A stretch of 47,700 bases of DNA from a bacterium (GCA_028719205.1 JAQUKH010000022.1:1-47700), one strand, 5' to 3'. Counted from the first letter of the stretch, positions 27,396 through 37,065 are shown. Made by a program: numbers and translations. Notes: generated by a model from the sequence alone, not told the origin.

Positions 27396-29960
27396 TTACC
27401 ATGTTAAATTACTATGGTTTTTACTATGGCAGTTGATAGTGCATTTCCCGCCTGTATAATTTGCATTAGTAATAATTGTTAAATTAGCTCCGGTCATCGG
27501 GCTTGTATCTAAGTTTGTAAAATGATTAACAGGAAGTTTATTTATATCATGACATTCAACACAAGTGATACCCGCGCTTATATGAAAGCTATGCCTGCCG
27601 GAAGAATAGCTGTTAAATTCTGTTGTTCCTGAGATATGACATAAATTACATTGTGTGTTTATGTTAATACTTCCGTTTAACCAATTAGGTGTTGTTTGTC
27701 CTCCATGGCAGCTTACCTTCGCGCAAGTTACGTTCAGGCCGTTATACGCGAGATTTCCAGATTTTGCTTTATAAACATTATTAAAAATTACATCCGTGGT
27801 ATTATTAATATGTTTATTTGTATTAGCGCCCGCGCCTGTGTGACAGGATGAACAATTTACATTTATAAACGCGGTATGCACCGCGTGGCTGCCTGCTATA
27901 TTCGGATATGCTGAGCCTGACGGTGGTGTGGCATGGCATGTAACACAATTTGAAATTGTTAACGGCCATATATGACAACTTAAACAAGATGGCCCGCTTC
28001 CGGTAACACCTGTCAAACTTGCTCCGTGACAATTTATATTAGCGCATTTAGTTGTGCCATTGGTTTTTGCGTATGAACTGTGATTAAATCTTACGTCAGG
28101 GTACCATGCAGTCATATGCACCTTCGTCTGGTTCTCCATATGGCAAATATTACAAGCAACTTTAGACCCGCCGCCGAGATAGTTTGTTCCATGACATTTC
28201 TGGCAGGAAGTAATGTTTGCAACTGCGTTAGTTTTATGATTTGGAATAATCCATGCAGCGGCAGGGTGGTTAACTCCCGGCCCGTTATGACAGTTGAAAC
28301 AACTTATACCCGAAGTTCCGCCCTTGAAATCAGTCCCATGACAGGTTTGACATGCAGAGAAATCCACTTCGGCTGTAATACCGTGGTTAGCCGGTAAGTT
28401 CCAGTTTGAAGGATGTGTGCCCGTAAAAGGCCATGCATGACAGCTCGAACAAGAAGGCCCGCTCCCGGCGATACCTGTAAGATTAGCTCCGTGACAGTTT
28501 ACATTAGCGCATTTAACTGTGCCATTAGTTTTAGTATAAGCCCTGTGATTAAGCTGGACGTCAGGGTACCATGCAGCCATATGCACCTTCGTCTGGTTCT
28601 CCATATGGCAGATATTACAAGCAACTTTAGACCCGCCGCCAAGATAGTTTGTTCCGTGGCATTTTTGGCACTGTGAAATGTTTGCGACAGCGTTAGTTTT
28701 ATGATTAGGAATGATCCAGGCCGCGGCAGGGTGGTTAACCCCCGGACCGGTATGGCAGTTAAAACAACTTATATTTGCAGTGCCGCCCCTGAAATCAGTT
28801 CCGTGACAAGCCTGACAGGCCGAGAAATCCAATTCAGCGATAATCCCATGTTCAGCCGCCAATTTCCAATCCGAAGGATGGCGGACATAAGGCCATATAT
28901 GACAGCTCGAACAAGAAGGCCCGCTTCCTGTAACACCTGTCAAACTTGCTCCATGACAATTTACATTAGCGCATTTAGTTGTTCCGTTAGCTTTAGCATA
29001 AACCCTGTGATTAAGCTGAACATCCGGATACCATGCAACTATATGTACCTTAGCCTGGGTTTCCATATGGCAAATATTACAGGCTACTTTAGCCCCGCCG
29101 CCTGAATAATCAATTCCATGGCATTTTTGACACATTGTTAAACTCGAGAGAGCGTTATTCTTATGATCCGGAACAATCCAGGAAGCAGTGGAATGATTTA
29201 ACCCGGGGCCCTGGTGGCACTTGTAACAGCTTACTCCGCTTATTCCTCCTTTATAATCACTTCCGTGGCATGATGAACAAGCAGGAAAATCTTTTATGGC
29301 AGTTTCTCCGTGCTTCTCAGCTAAATCCCAGCCTGTTGAATGTTCTTTATTTGAATGGCATAGAGTATTATTAAAACATCCCGGCTGTGTTCCTTCAGGT
29401 GCTGAAGGATTTGGTTTGAGAACGGAATTCGCGCCGTTAGAATGACAATATACACAAATATTCGCGTTATTTATGTCGGTATTTGTATGGGTTGCTGATG
29501 TATCACTTCGCCAGGGAGCCTTAGAATGCGGCGCGTTGACAGAGTGGCAGGTAAAACAAGATTTATTTATGTTCCCGCCTGAAAAATCCTCGCCGTGACA
29601 GGACTGGCAGTTGGAAAAACCTTTTAATTTACCGGGAGCGGATTTAGCCGCGCTTCCATGTGCGGTTAACCATTCCGCGGTATGTTCAAAAGGCCCATCC
29701 GCATGGCACGATGTTCTGTTAAAATCAGCGGAAAAACAGCTTACATTTGAAATTCCGCCATTACGATCTGCTCCGTGGCATTCGGCGCAGTTGTTTTTAT
29801 TTGAAAGGAACGCGGCCCTATGATCTGAAATCCAGTTTTCAGCGTGCTCTCCGGTAGTCGGATTAATGATCGATTTTTTATTCCTGTCGCTGCAGCCCGC
29901 GTAATATAAAAATATAATGGAAAAGAGAACCGTTAAAATAAAATTTTTTAATTTTATCAC
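27396..29960 (-). CDS. Large multiheme c-type cytochrome lipoprotein (~30 heme motifs)
   Basis: GTG start, lipobox YAGC; 23 CxxCH, 4 CX4CH, one each CX3CH, CX5CH, CX9CH; C-terminal CxxxxCH..CxxCH domain. Confidence 0.92.
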   Translation of the reverse strand: MIKLKNFILTVLFSIIFLYYAGCSDRNKKSIINPTTGEHAENWISDHRAAFLSNKNNCAECHGADRNGGISNVSCFSADFNRTSCHADGPFEHTAEWLTAHGSAAKSAPGKLKGFSNCQSCHGEDFSGGNINKSCFTCHSVNAPHSKAPWRSDTSATHTNTDINNANICVYCHSNGANSVLKPNPSAPEGTQPGCFNNTLCHSNKEHSTGWDLAEKHGETAIKDFPACSSCHGSDYKGGISGVSCYKCHQGPGLNHSTASWIVPDHKNNALSSLTMCQKCHGIDYSGGGAKVACNICHMETQAKVHIVAWYPDVQLNHRVYAKANGTTKCANVNCHGASLTGVTGSGPSCSSCHIWPYVRHPSDWKLAAEHGIIAELDFSACQACHGTDFRGGTANISCFNCHTGPGVNHPAAAWIIPNHKTNAVANISQCQKCHGTNYLGGGSKVACNICHMENQTKVHMAAWYPDVQLNHRAYTKTNGTVKCANVNCHGANLTGIAGSGPSCSSCHAWPFTGTHPSNWNLPANHGITAEVDFSACQTCHGTDFKGGTSGISCFNCHNGPGVNHPAAAWIIPNHKTNAVANITSCQKCHGTNYLGGGSKVACNICHMENQTKVHMTAWYPDVRFNHSSYAKTNGTTKCANINCHGASLTGVTGSGPSCLSCHIWPLTISNCVTCHATPPSGSAYPNIAGSHAVHTAFINVNCSSCHTGAGANTNKHINNTTDVIFNNVYKAKSGNLAYNGLNVTCAKVSCHGGQTTPNWLNGSININTQCNLCHISGTTEFNSYSSGRHSFHISAGITCVECHDINKLPVNHFTNLDTSPMTGANLTIITNANYTGGKCTINCHSKNHSNLTW
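27960..29345 (-). repeat. Three tandem 154-155-aa six-heme repeats
   Basis: CCATATGGCA anchors at 28136, 28601, 29063 (465 and 462 nt apart). Confidence 0.9.
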
Positions 29961-30014
29961 TTTACTACCCTCTAATTTCCATCCCTCCTTAAAACAGATT
30001 GTTAAAGTATATTA

Positions 30015-30070
30015 AGTATATATATTAACTTGTCTTAACAATATATATACTAAAATGTTAACTTTGTCAA
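30015..30070. promoter_or_regulatory. 12-bp inverted repeat (candidate operator) overlapping a minus-strand promoter
   Basis: AGTATATATATT-N13-AATATATATACT; minus-strand TTGACA at 30070-30065. Confidence 0.5.
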
Positions 30071-30099
30071 GCATTATTTTCAAAGTATAAAATTAAAGA

Positions 30100-30759
30100 T
30101 TGAAAGATTTTAACCGAAAATTTAAAGATATGAAAAGAGGAATAGGGGAATATATATATAATATCAGGGAAAAAAACGGCGGTAAAGGTTTCTGGTCATT
30201 AAGATCGGTTGCTAAGCGCGCGAAAATTTCAGATGCTTATCTGTCTCAGCTTGAAAATGGAAAAGTAAAACATCCTCTGCCGGACATCTTAAGAAATATC
30301 TCGATAGCCTGCCGTCAGCCTTACGAAGATTTTCTTTGCGCGGCAGGATATCTTACACCTAAACAAAAAACACCGAAAATTTTGGAAATACCTGTATATA
30401 AAGACGTGCCGGACGATAAGACAGATTTAATTTACGATGAAATAATTTCTATTAATTATGAATTTATCGGGAATAATAACTGCTTCGCGCTTAAAATGAA
30501 AGGCGATTACCTTAATGATAATGGTATTTCCAAAGGGGATATAATCATTGTAAGCCGGGATGTTGAATGTAAAAATGGAGATCTGGTTATCGCGAGAATT
30601 ACGGATTTGTGTAAAATAAAGACATTTTATAAACTTCAGAGCAATCCTCACCCAAAAATAGTGCTTCAGCCATGCCGGGATAAATGTGAATCCGCCATTC
30701 TTTTGTCGGAAGAAATTGAAATTATAGGCAAAATTACCCAAACAATTAAAAGAATGTAA
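30100..30759 (+). CDS. XRE-HTH plus S24-like (LexA/CI-type) repressor, catalytically degenerate
   Basis: SLRSVAKRAKISDAYLSQLENG; FALKMKGDYL; GDIIIV; IEIIGKI; start may be 30130. Confidence 0.8.
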   Translation: MKDFNRKFKDMKRGIGEYIYNIREKNGGKGFWSLRSVAKRAKISDAYLSQLENGKVKHPLPDILRNISIACRQPYEDFLCAAGYLTPKQKTPKILEIPVYKDVPDDKTDLIYDEIISINYEFIGNNNCFALKMKGDYLNDNGISKGDIIIVSRDVECKNGDLVIARITDLCKIKTFYKLQSNPHPKIVLQPCRDKCESAILLSEEIEIIGKITQTIKRM

Positions 30760-30793
30760 AAGCCGCTTCTTAGCTGTATTCCTCATTAGGGTA

Positions 30794-30854
30794 GAAAAAA
30801 GTCAATAAAAAGCAGAATCAACACCTTTTTTTCTCAAAATAAAAAGTGTATCAT
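30794..30854 (+). promoter_or_regulatory. Island promoter module copy 7
   Basis: GAAAAAAGTCAATAAAAAGCAG; TATCAT 30849-30854; weak -35. Confidence 0.8.
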
Positions 30855-30895
30855 GAAAAAAGTAAAAAATAAATTTCACTAAAAAGGAGAGTAAT

Positions 30896-31504
30896 ATGAA
30901 AAAAGTATTTAGTTTAAAGTTATTTATCGCCTTATTGTGCCTGTTTTATTCAAGTATTGCACATGCTGAATCTTTGGAAACATCAAAAGCGGATAAAAGT
31001 TTATTTGAAACGAAATGCTCTTATTGCCATGAGATCGAGAGGCCTCTTTCAAAAAGAAAAAACAAGGACGGATGGACGGCTACAGTAAAAAGAATGCAGT
31101 CTAAAAATCCTTCTCATATAAGTGATGCGGAGGCAGAAAGTATCATTGCTTATTTATCGTATGAAAGAGGAGAAGAAGCGCCTGTTAACAGGATCAAAGA
31201 CCCTTCTAACCTTTCAGAGCTTGAGAAAAAACATGTCCCGGTAATTCAAATCGGGTCTGGAGATGTTGAGAAAAAAATTGTAACAATTACCGTGAAAGTT
31301 GGAGAAGTACCGCACCCGATGGAGGCAACACATTATATAAAATATATTGAACTTTTTATTGATGGTAAATCAGCCGGGAAAGTTGACCTCAAACCGGGCG
31401 ATAAACCGGAAGCAAGTTTTAATGTGTCCGGAGCGGCGGGTAAACGCGTTACCGCGCGTGAGGAATGTAATCTTCACGGCCTGTGGGAAGGCGAAGCCAG
31501 ATAA
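30896..31504 (+). CDS. Exported cytochrome c-superoxide reductase fusion
   Basis: Signal peptide [32 protein letters not shown]. Confidence 0.85.
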   Translation: MKKVFSLKLFIALLCLFYSSIAHAESLETSKADKSLFETKCSYCHEIERPLSKRKNKDGWTATVKRMQSKNPSHISDAEAESIIAYLSYERGEEAPVNRIKDPSNLSELEKKHVPVIQIGSGDVEKKIVTITVKVGEVPHPMEATHYIKYIELFIDGKSAGKVDLKPGDKPEASFNVSGAAGKRVTAREECNLHGLWEGEAR

Positions 31505-31569
31505 ACAGGCCTATATAAATTACTGAAATATTAAACAAATATATTATTTCATATTAATTAATTTAATAA

Positions 31570-31597
31570 TTGAAATCTTAAAATGGGGGAGTATAAT
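31570..31597 (+). promoter_or_regulatory. sigma70-like promoter of the regulator operon
   Basis: TTGAAA-16 bp-TATAAT, without the AAGTCA module. Confidence 0.55.
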
Positions 31598-31637
31598 TAA
31601 ACTGTATTATTACTAACAATAAAAAATGGAGTAATAT

Positions 31638-32369
31638 ATGCCGGATAAAATATTAATTGTGGATGATGATGAAGCTTTCAGGTCGGAGTTTAAAGAATTA
31701 TTTGATTATTATGATGTAATAGAGGCTTCGGATGGACAATCCGCTTTGAAATTATTAAAGTCGGCAAATGATATCGGCCTTATTCTTCTGGATGTAATGA
31801 TGCCGGGAATAAGCGGTATCGAGGTTTTAAAAGAGATAAAAAAGACGGATCCGGATGTAGGAATTGTGATTTTAACAGGTTATAGTTCAAAAGACTTGGC
31901 GATCAAGGCATTAAAAGGGCATGCTGATGATTATATTGAAAAACCGATAGACCTCAATAAAACAAGAGAAATTATTGAAAAGGCGTTTGAAAATAAACGG
32001 GGAGAAGATAAGATAAATACAGGAGATATACCGGGCAAGATAGAAAAAGTAAAAAGTTTTATTAAAAGGAATTGTTATAAAAAAACATCTTTAACAGATG
32101 TGTCTAAAGCAGTTTGTCTCAGTCCGAAATATTTAAGCAGAATATTTAAAAACAGCACTGGTGTAAACTTTATCGAATATAAGTTGAGAATAAAAATGGA
32201 AAAGGCAAAGGAGCTTCTGGTTAAAACGGGTTACAACGTGAATCAGATCTCGGATAAATTAGGATATGAGAACGCTGAATCTTTTATCAGGCAATTCAAT
32301 AAACTTGCAGGTTCTACTCCCACGGAATACCGGAGGAAATATTTAAAAAAGAAAAATAAAAAGTTATGA
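31638..32369 (+). CDS. Response regulator REC-AraC HTH (YesN-like)
   Basis: ILIVDDD, LLDVMMP, KP; LSPKYLSRIFK..LGYENAESFIRQF..TPTEYR. Confidence 0.92.
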   Translation: MPDKILIVDDDEAFRSEFKELFDYYDVIEASDGQSALKLLKSANDIGLILLDVMMPGISGIEVLKEIKKTDPDVGIVILTGYSSKDLAIKALKGHADDYIEKPIDLNKTREIIEKAFENKRGEDKINTGDIPGKIEKVKSFIKRNCYKKTSLTDVSKAVCLSPKYLSRIFKNSTGVNFIEYKLRIKMEKAKELLVKTGYNVNQISDKLGYENAESFIRQFNKLAGSTPTEYRRKYLKKKNKKL

Positions 32370-34567
32370 AGAAAAGGTCAATAGAAACAAAAGATAAATT
32401 TATCAAAGAAAAAAAGCAAATCCAAAACGCGTTAAAGCAAGCTGAAGATAAATACCGTTCTATTGTTGAAACCGCCCAAGAGGGTGTATCGATTGTTAAT
32501 ATTGATGGAAAGGTCACATACGTGAATAAACGTATGGTAGAAATGTTAGGTTATACGGAACAGGAAGTGATCGGAGTATCTTTTTTAAAGTTTCTGGATG
32601 AGAAAGAGCAGACATATATTCAGGAAAATTTAGAACGAAGAAAAAGAGGAATCAGGGAGAGGCGTATTTTTAAAAAAGACGGTTCATCTCTCTGGGCGCT
32701 TGAATCTATCAGTCCTTTATTAGACGCGAATGGCAAAGTAAATGGACAGCTTATAATGATCACGGATATTACTGAGCGCAAAAAGGCGGAGGAAATACTT
32801 AGAAGAACAAACAATGAACTGGAATCCAAAACGAATCAGTATACGGCTGAATTGGAGGAAAAAAATAAACAACTGCAGAAGGAGGTCCAGGAGCGTTATT
32901 ATATGGAAAAACGCATTCTGGCGAGTAATACGATACTTAAATTATTGACTACATCATCCTCATATGGTAAATACCTGAATTCTGTAATTAAATATATACG
33001 TAACATAACTAATTGTAAATGTGTGGGTATAAGAATATTAAATGAGAAGGGGCAGATCCCATTTGAATCGTATATGGGTTTAAGCCAGGGATTTTGGGAA
33101 TCGGAAAACTTGCTTTCAATAAATAAAGACCAGTGTGTTTGTATCAGGGTAATTACAGGGAAGCCAAAAGTTCAAGATATTAAAGTGACGAGCCATGGCG
33201 GGTCATTTTATTGTAACCACCTAATAAAATTCATTAATGAACTTTCTGATGAAGAAAGAGCTGAATTCAGGAACGCGTGTGTCAAACATGGGTTTCATTC
33301 AATTGCCGTTATCCCGATCAACTACAAAAATAAAATATTAGGGGCAATACATATCGCGGATGAAAGAGCGGATATGGTACCTTTGAAGATAATAGAGATT
33401 ATTGAGCCATTAACACCTATGATCGGTGAAGGTGTTTACAGGTTCAGCCTGGATGGCAGGCGGGCTGAGGTTGAAAAAAAATTACGTGAGTCAAACGCGA
33501 TATTAGAAACAATATTCAGCAGCGCCAATTTTTTAATCGCTTATATGGACCAATATTTTAATTTTATCCGTGTTAACCAGATTTACGCGCAGTTACAGGG
33601 ATATACTCCTGAGTTCTTTACAGGGAAACATTACTTTGATCTGTACCCGGGTGAAAATGAAAGATCAATCTTTGAAAAAGTGGTTAAAACCGGCGAAGGA
33701 TATTCGACTTATTCCAAACCTTTGGGATCGGAAGGACAGCCCGGGCAGAAAATTACTTTTTGGGATTGGAGCATCCAGCCGGTAAAAGATTCCCATGGTA
33801 AAGTTAAAGGGCTTGTTTTCTGTTTGATAGATGTTACTGAACGGAAACGCGCTGAAGAAGAATTGATAAAGGCTCAAAAAAGAGAAATTGAATCAAAACG
33901 ACTTTCTGACATAGGCACTCTGGCCGCGATGGTTGCCCATGAATTACGTAATCCCCTGGGAGTAATTCAAATGGCCGCGTATAATATAGGTAAAAAATCC
34001 AAGGATGCATTTCTTAACAGCCATATAACAAATATAGAAAAAAAGGTATCAGAAAGCAATCAGATCATTAATAACCTTTTAAGCTATTCACGGATAAGAG
34101 TGCCGCACATTGAAAAAATAAATATTTTGAACTTGCTGGATGAATGCGTTAATTTAGCGGGGAAAAGATTTTTTAATTATGAAGTCACGGTTAACAGGAA
34201 TTTTAATTTGTTAAAAGAAGAATTTATTGAAGCGGATCCAATTCAGATGAGAGAGATTTTTATTAATATTTTAAATAACGCTTATCAATCCTTACCGGAA
34301 AAAAAAGGCAAAATAGAGGTAAATGCCGCGCGAAATGGTAATGACATTATTAATATAAACATTAAGGATAACGGGTGCGGGATAAACAAAGAAGATCTGC
34401 CAAAAGTTTTTGACACGTTTTTTACAAAAAAATCAAAAGGAACAGGTTTGGGACTTACTATTTGTAAAGAATTAGTGGCTATGCATGGCGGCGATATATA
34501 TATCGAAAGTGAACCCGGGGAAGGCACAAATATTAATATAAATCTGCCAATAAGAGGAAAGATATAA
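32366..34567 (+). CDS. Cytoplasmic PAS-GAF-PAS histidine kinase
   Basis: No TM; PAS/PAC, Cys-rich GAF-like segment, AHELRNPL, KGTGLGL; ATGA coupling to regulator. Confidence 0.88.
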   Translation: MKKRSIETKDKFIKEKKQIQNALKQAEDKYRSIVETAQEGVSIVNIDGKVTYVNKRMVEMLGYTEQEVIGVSFLKFLDEKEQTYIQENLERRKRGIRERRIFKKDGSSLWALESISPLLDANGKVNGQLIMITDITERKKAEEILRRTNNELESKTNQYTAELEEKNKQLQKEVQERYYMEKRILASNTILKLLTTSSSYGKYLNSVIKYIRNITNCKCVGIRILNEKGQIPFESYMGLSQGFWESENLLSINKDQCVCIRVITGKPKVQDIKVTSHGGSFYCNHLIKFINELSDEERAEFRNACVKHGFHSIAVIPINYKNKILGAIHIADERADMVPLKIIEIIEPLTPMIGEGVYRFSLDGRRAEVEKKLRESNAILETIFSSANFLIAYMDQYFNFIRVNQIYAQLQGYTPEFFTGKHYFDLYPGENERSIFEKVVKTGEGYSTYSKPLGSEGQPGQKITFWDWSIQPVKDSHGKVKGLVFCLIDVTERKRAEEELIKAQKREIESKRLSDIGTLAAMVAHELRNPLGVIQMAAYNIGKKSKDAFLNSHITNIEKKVSESNQIINNLLSYSRIRVPHIEKINILNLLDECVNLAGKRFFNYEVTVNRNFNLLKEEFIEADPIQMREIFINILNNAYQSLPEKKGKIEVNAARNGNDIININIKDNGCGINKEDLPKVFDTFFTKKSKGTGLGLTICKELVAMHGGDIYIESEPGEGTNININLPIRGKI

Positions 34568-34965
34568 TGCCTGCTAAAATATTTATAATTGATGATGATA
34601 AAGAATTATGTGAGGAAGTAATAGAGATCATGAGAGATGAGGGATATTTGATAAGCGCTGAATATGATGGTTTAAAGGGAAAAGAAGCGGTTGAAAAAGG
34701 TGGATATGATCTTTTGCTTTTAGATCTTAAACTTCCCGGGTTAAGCGGGTTTGACGTTCTTAAGCAGATAAGAGAAAAAAATATCAGGATAAAAGTTATC
34801 ATAGTAAGCGGAAGGCCTCAATATAACGGTTTATTTAACGAGAATGCAGTTTGTAAAAACAAGGATAAGGAAGAAGAAGAAATCCTGAAATTAGCAGACG
34901 GAATTATCAGCAAGCCTTTTGAGATAAAAATAATGTTGAATAAAATTAAAGAGCTTTTAACTTAA
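34567..34965 (+). CDS. Single-domain response regulator
   Basis: IIDDD, LLLDLKLP, SKPF. Confidence 0.88.
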   Translation: MPAKIFIIDDDKELCEEVIEIMRDEGYLISAEYDGLKGKEAVEKGGYDLLLLDLKLPGLSGFDVLKQIREKNIRIKVIIVSGRPQYNGLFNENAVCKNKDKEEEEILKLADGIISKPFEIKIMLNKIKELLT

Positions 34966-35007
34966 AATTATTTGTTATCTGCCTTCCATCATCTCTCCTT
35001 CTATTGA

Positions 35008-35068
35008 GAAAAAAGTCAGAATAAAGTAGAACTATCATCTTCATTTTAATGTAAAAAAAGTTTATTAT
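35008..35068 (+). promoter_or_regulatory. Island promoter module copy 8
   Basis: GAAAAAAGTCAGAATAAAGTAG; TTCATT 35040-35045; 17 bp; TATTAT 35063-35068. Confidence 0.8.
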
Positions 35069-35094
35069 TAAAATCAAAAAGGAGATTAACTTTT

Positions 35095-36573
35095 ATGAGG
35101 AGAATTATATTTTTAACTTTAATAATATGTTTTATTATTTCATCCTTTATTTTTGCTGACGAAGAAGAAATAATAGTAGAAGAAACAACCGGACAGGAAT
35201 TAATAGAAATGCCGGTGAAAAATGAAATTAAAGAAAGTCCGGTGGAATACGAAAAAGATTTCTTGGATTTTATAAAATTAAGAACGGAAAAGTTTGCTGA
35301 GCAGGATATGTGCGGGGAATGCCATTCTGATATATTTAAGCAATGGAAAGGTTCAACACACAGCAAAGCGTTTATTGATCCAATTTGGCGCGCGGCGACA
35401 AAACTATTTTACAGTGAATCTAAAACGATAGGGCAGGTCCTTGAAATTAAACTCTGCGTAAATTGTCATATACCGCTTGGTTTCACTTCTAATATTATTA
35501 ATCTTCCTATTGATAATTATAATAGATTAATGGAACTTCCGGAACAGGGGGCTTTCTGTAACTGGTGTCATAATTTAAAGGAGGCAGTAAATATTGGCGG
35601 TGAAGGATATATGGACGCAGATACAACAGAAGCGTATTCATCAACAATGCTTGGTCCTCGTGATGACCCAAGGTGGGAAAATCCTTCAAAAGATAACAAA
35701 GCTTTTCATCCTTCAGAATATTCAGAGTTTTACTCAAAATCCGATTTTTGCGGATTATGCCATAATATGTATCAGCCGGATAATAAACTTCCTATAGTGC
35801 AAACTTATGATGAGTGGAAGAAAAGTCCATATAACACAAACGACCCTAAAACTACTGTAACCTGCCAGGATTGCCATATGAGGCAAAAACCGGGAATTCC
35901 TGCCACAGGAAGCACGTTAAGGCCTGATAATTCAGGACAAGCGGCAGACGGAGGCCCGTACAGGGATAACATTTGGACGCATTATTTCGCGGGAGGAAAT
36001 TCAATAATTCCAAAACTTTTAGGGAGCGAAATGCATTCTTATCTGGCTATCGAAAAGCTCACAAATTCGGCCGGATTAGAGATAATCAGGGATAGTTCTT
36101 ATGAAAAAGGTAAAGCATCACAGATAAAAGTCAAAGTTACTAATTCCGGCGCGGGACATTATTTGCCGACAGGTATGACCGCGATCAGGCAAATGTGGCT
36201 TGATATGAAAATTACAGACCGGGATGGAATTATGATCTTCAGGTCCGGCGCGATGGATAAAGAAGGGAATTTTGACAAAAATACAATTCTCTTTAACACT
36301 GTTTTTGGAAATAAAAACGGAGAACCTGTAATGAATTTCGCGCTTGCGGATAAAATTCTTTATGACCATAGAATTCCTCCTATGGAATCTGTTATTGAAA
36401 ATTACAGTTTTATTATTCCGGAAAATACAGTTTTCCCGCTTAAGGTTGAAGTTATTTTAAAGTATCGCACCGCGTCACCGGACTTTGTTAAAAAGCTTCA
36501 AGTTGATAAAGTCTCGAATACAGAAATTCCCGTTATTGATATGGTAAGTTTGACGGAAAAAATAGATTTATAG
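35095..36573 (+). CDS. Exported pentaheme c-type cytochrome, paralog of 17373-18899
   Basis: CGECH, CVNCH, CNWCH, CGLCH, CQDCH; long identical stretches with the paralog. Confidence 0.9.
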   Translation: MRRIIFLTLIICFIISSFIFADEEEIIVEETTGQELIEMPVKNEIKESPVEYEKDFLDFIKLRTEKFAEQDMCGECHSDIFKQWKGSTHSKAFIDPIWRAATKLFYSESKTIGQVLEIKLCVNCHIPLGFTSNIINLPIDNYNRLMELPEQGAFCNWCHNLKEAVNIGGEGYMDADTTEAYSSTMLGPRDDPRWENPSKDNKAFHPSEYSEFYSKSDFCGLCHNMYQPDNKLPIVQTYDEWKKSPYNTNDPKTTVTCQDCHMRQKPGIPATGSTLRPDNSGQAADGGPYRDNIWTHYFAGGNSIIPKLLGSEMHSYLAIEKLTNSAGLEIIRDSSYEKGKASQIKVKVTNSGAGHYLPTGMTAIRQMWLDMKITDRDGIMIFRSGAMDKEGNFDKNTILFNTVFGNKNGEPVMNFALADKILYDHRIPPMESVIENYSFIIPENTVFPLKVEVILKYRTASPDFVKKLQVDKVSNTEIPVIDMVSLTEKIDL

Positions 36574-36633
36574 TGAAAAAGTCAGAAAAAAGGGGAAGCA
36601 GCCAATTTACATTTTTTTTAAAAAGTATATTAT
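36574..36633 (+). promoter_or_regulatory. Island promoter module copy 9
   Basis: TGAAAAAGTCAGAAAAAAGGGG; TTTACA 36606-36611; TATTAT 36628-36633. Confidence 0.8.
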
Positions 36634-36672
36634 ATTAAAAAAATCAGAATCAAAAAGGAGAAGAAAACTATT

Positions 36673-37038
36673 ATGAGAAAAAAAGTGATGATCATAGATG
36701 ATGACAAGGTATTTTTAGAGGAACTTAATGAGGTTCTAATTTCAGGCGGATATGATGTTGTTACTGTTAATGATCCGGTTTTAGCTTTTAATATGGTTGA
36801 TAAAACAAAACCGGATGTTATTCTGGTCGACATGAAAATGCCTTCGATGAGCGGGTTTGAAGTCGCGAATGAATTAAAAAATTTTTTAGGATATGATTTT
36901 ATCCCTATTATAGGGATGAGCGGATTTTATAGAGATAACGACATATCGTTAATGAATATGTGCGGTATTCAAAAGTGCCTTAATAAACCGTTTCGTCCGT
37001 TAGATGTAATTTATAATATTGAGAAAGTAATGGGATGA
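36673..37038 (+). CDS. Single-domain response regulator
   Basis: IIDDD, LVDMKMP, NKPF. Confidence 0.88.
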   Translation: MRKKVMIIDDDKVFLEELNEVLISGGYDVVTVNDPVLAFNMVDKTKPDVILVDMKMPSMSGFEVANELKNFLGYDFIPIIGMSGFYRDNDISLMNMCGIQKCLNKPFRPLDVIYNIEKVMG

Positions 37039-37065
37039 GATATTATCCCCGCCGGTGACAATCTT

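Noticed and set aside
30100-30759. Prophage or true lexA
   Set aside because: No phage genes nearby; XRE-type HTH and missing catalytic Ser and cleavage site
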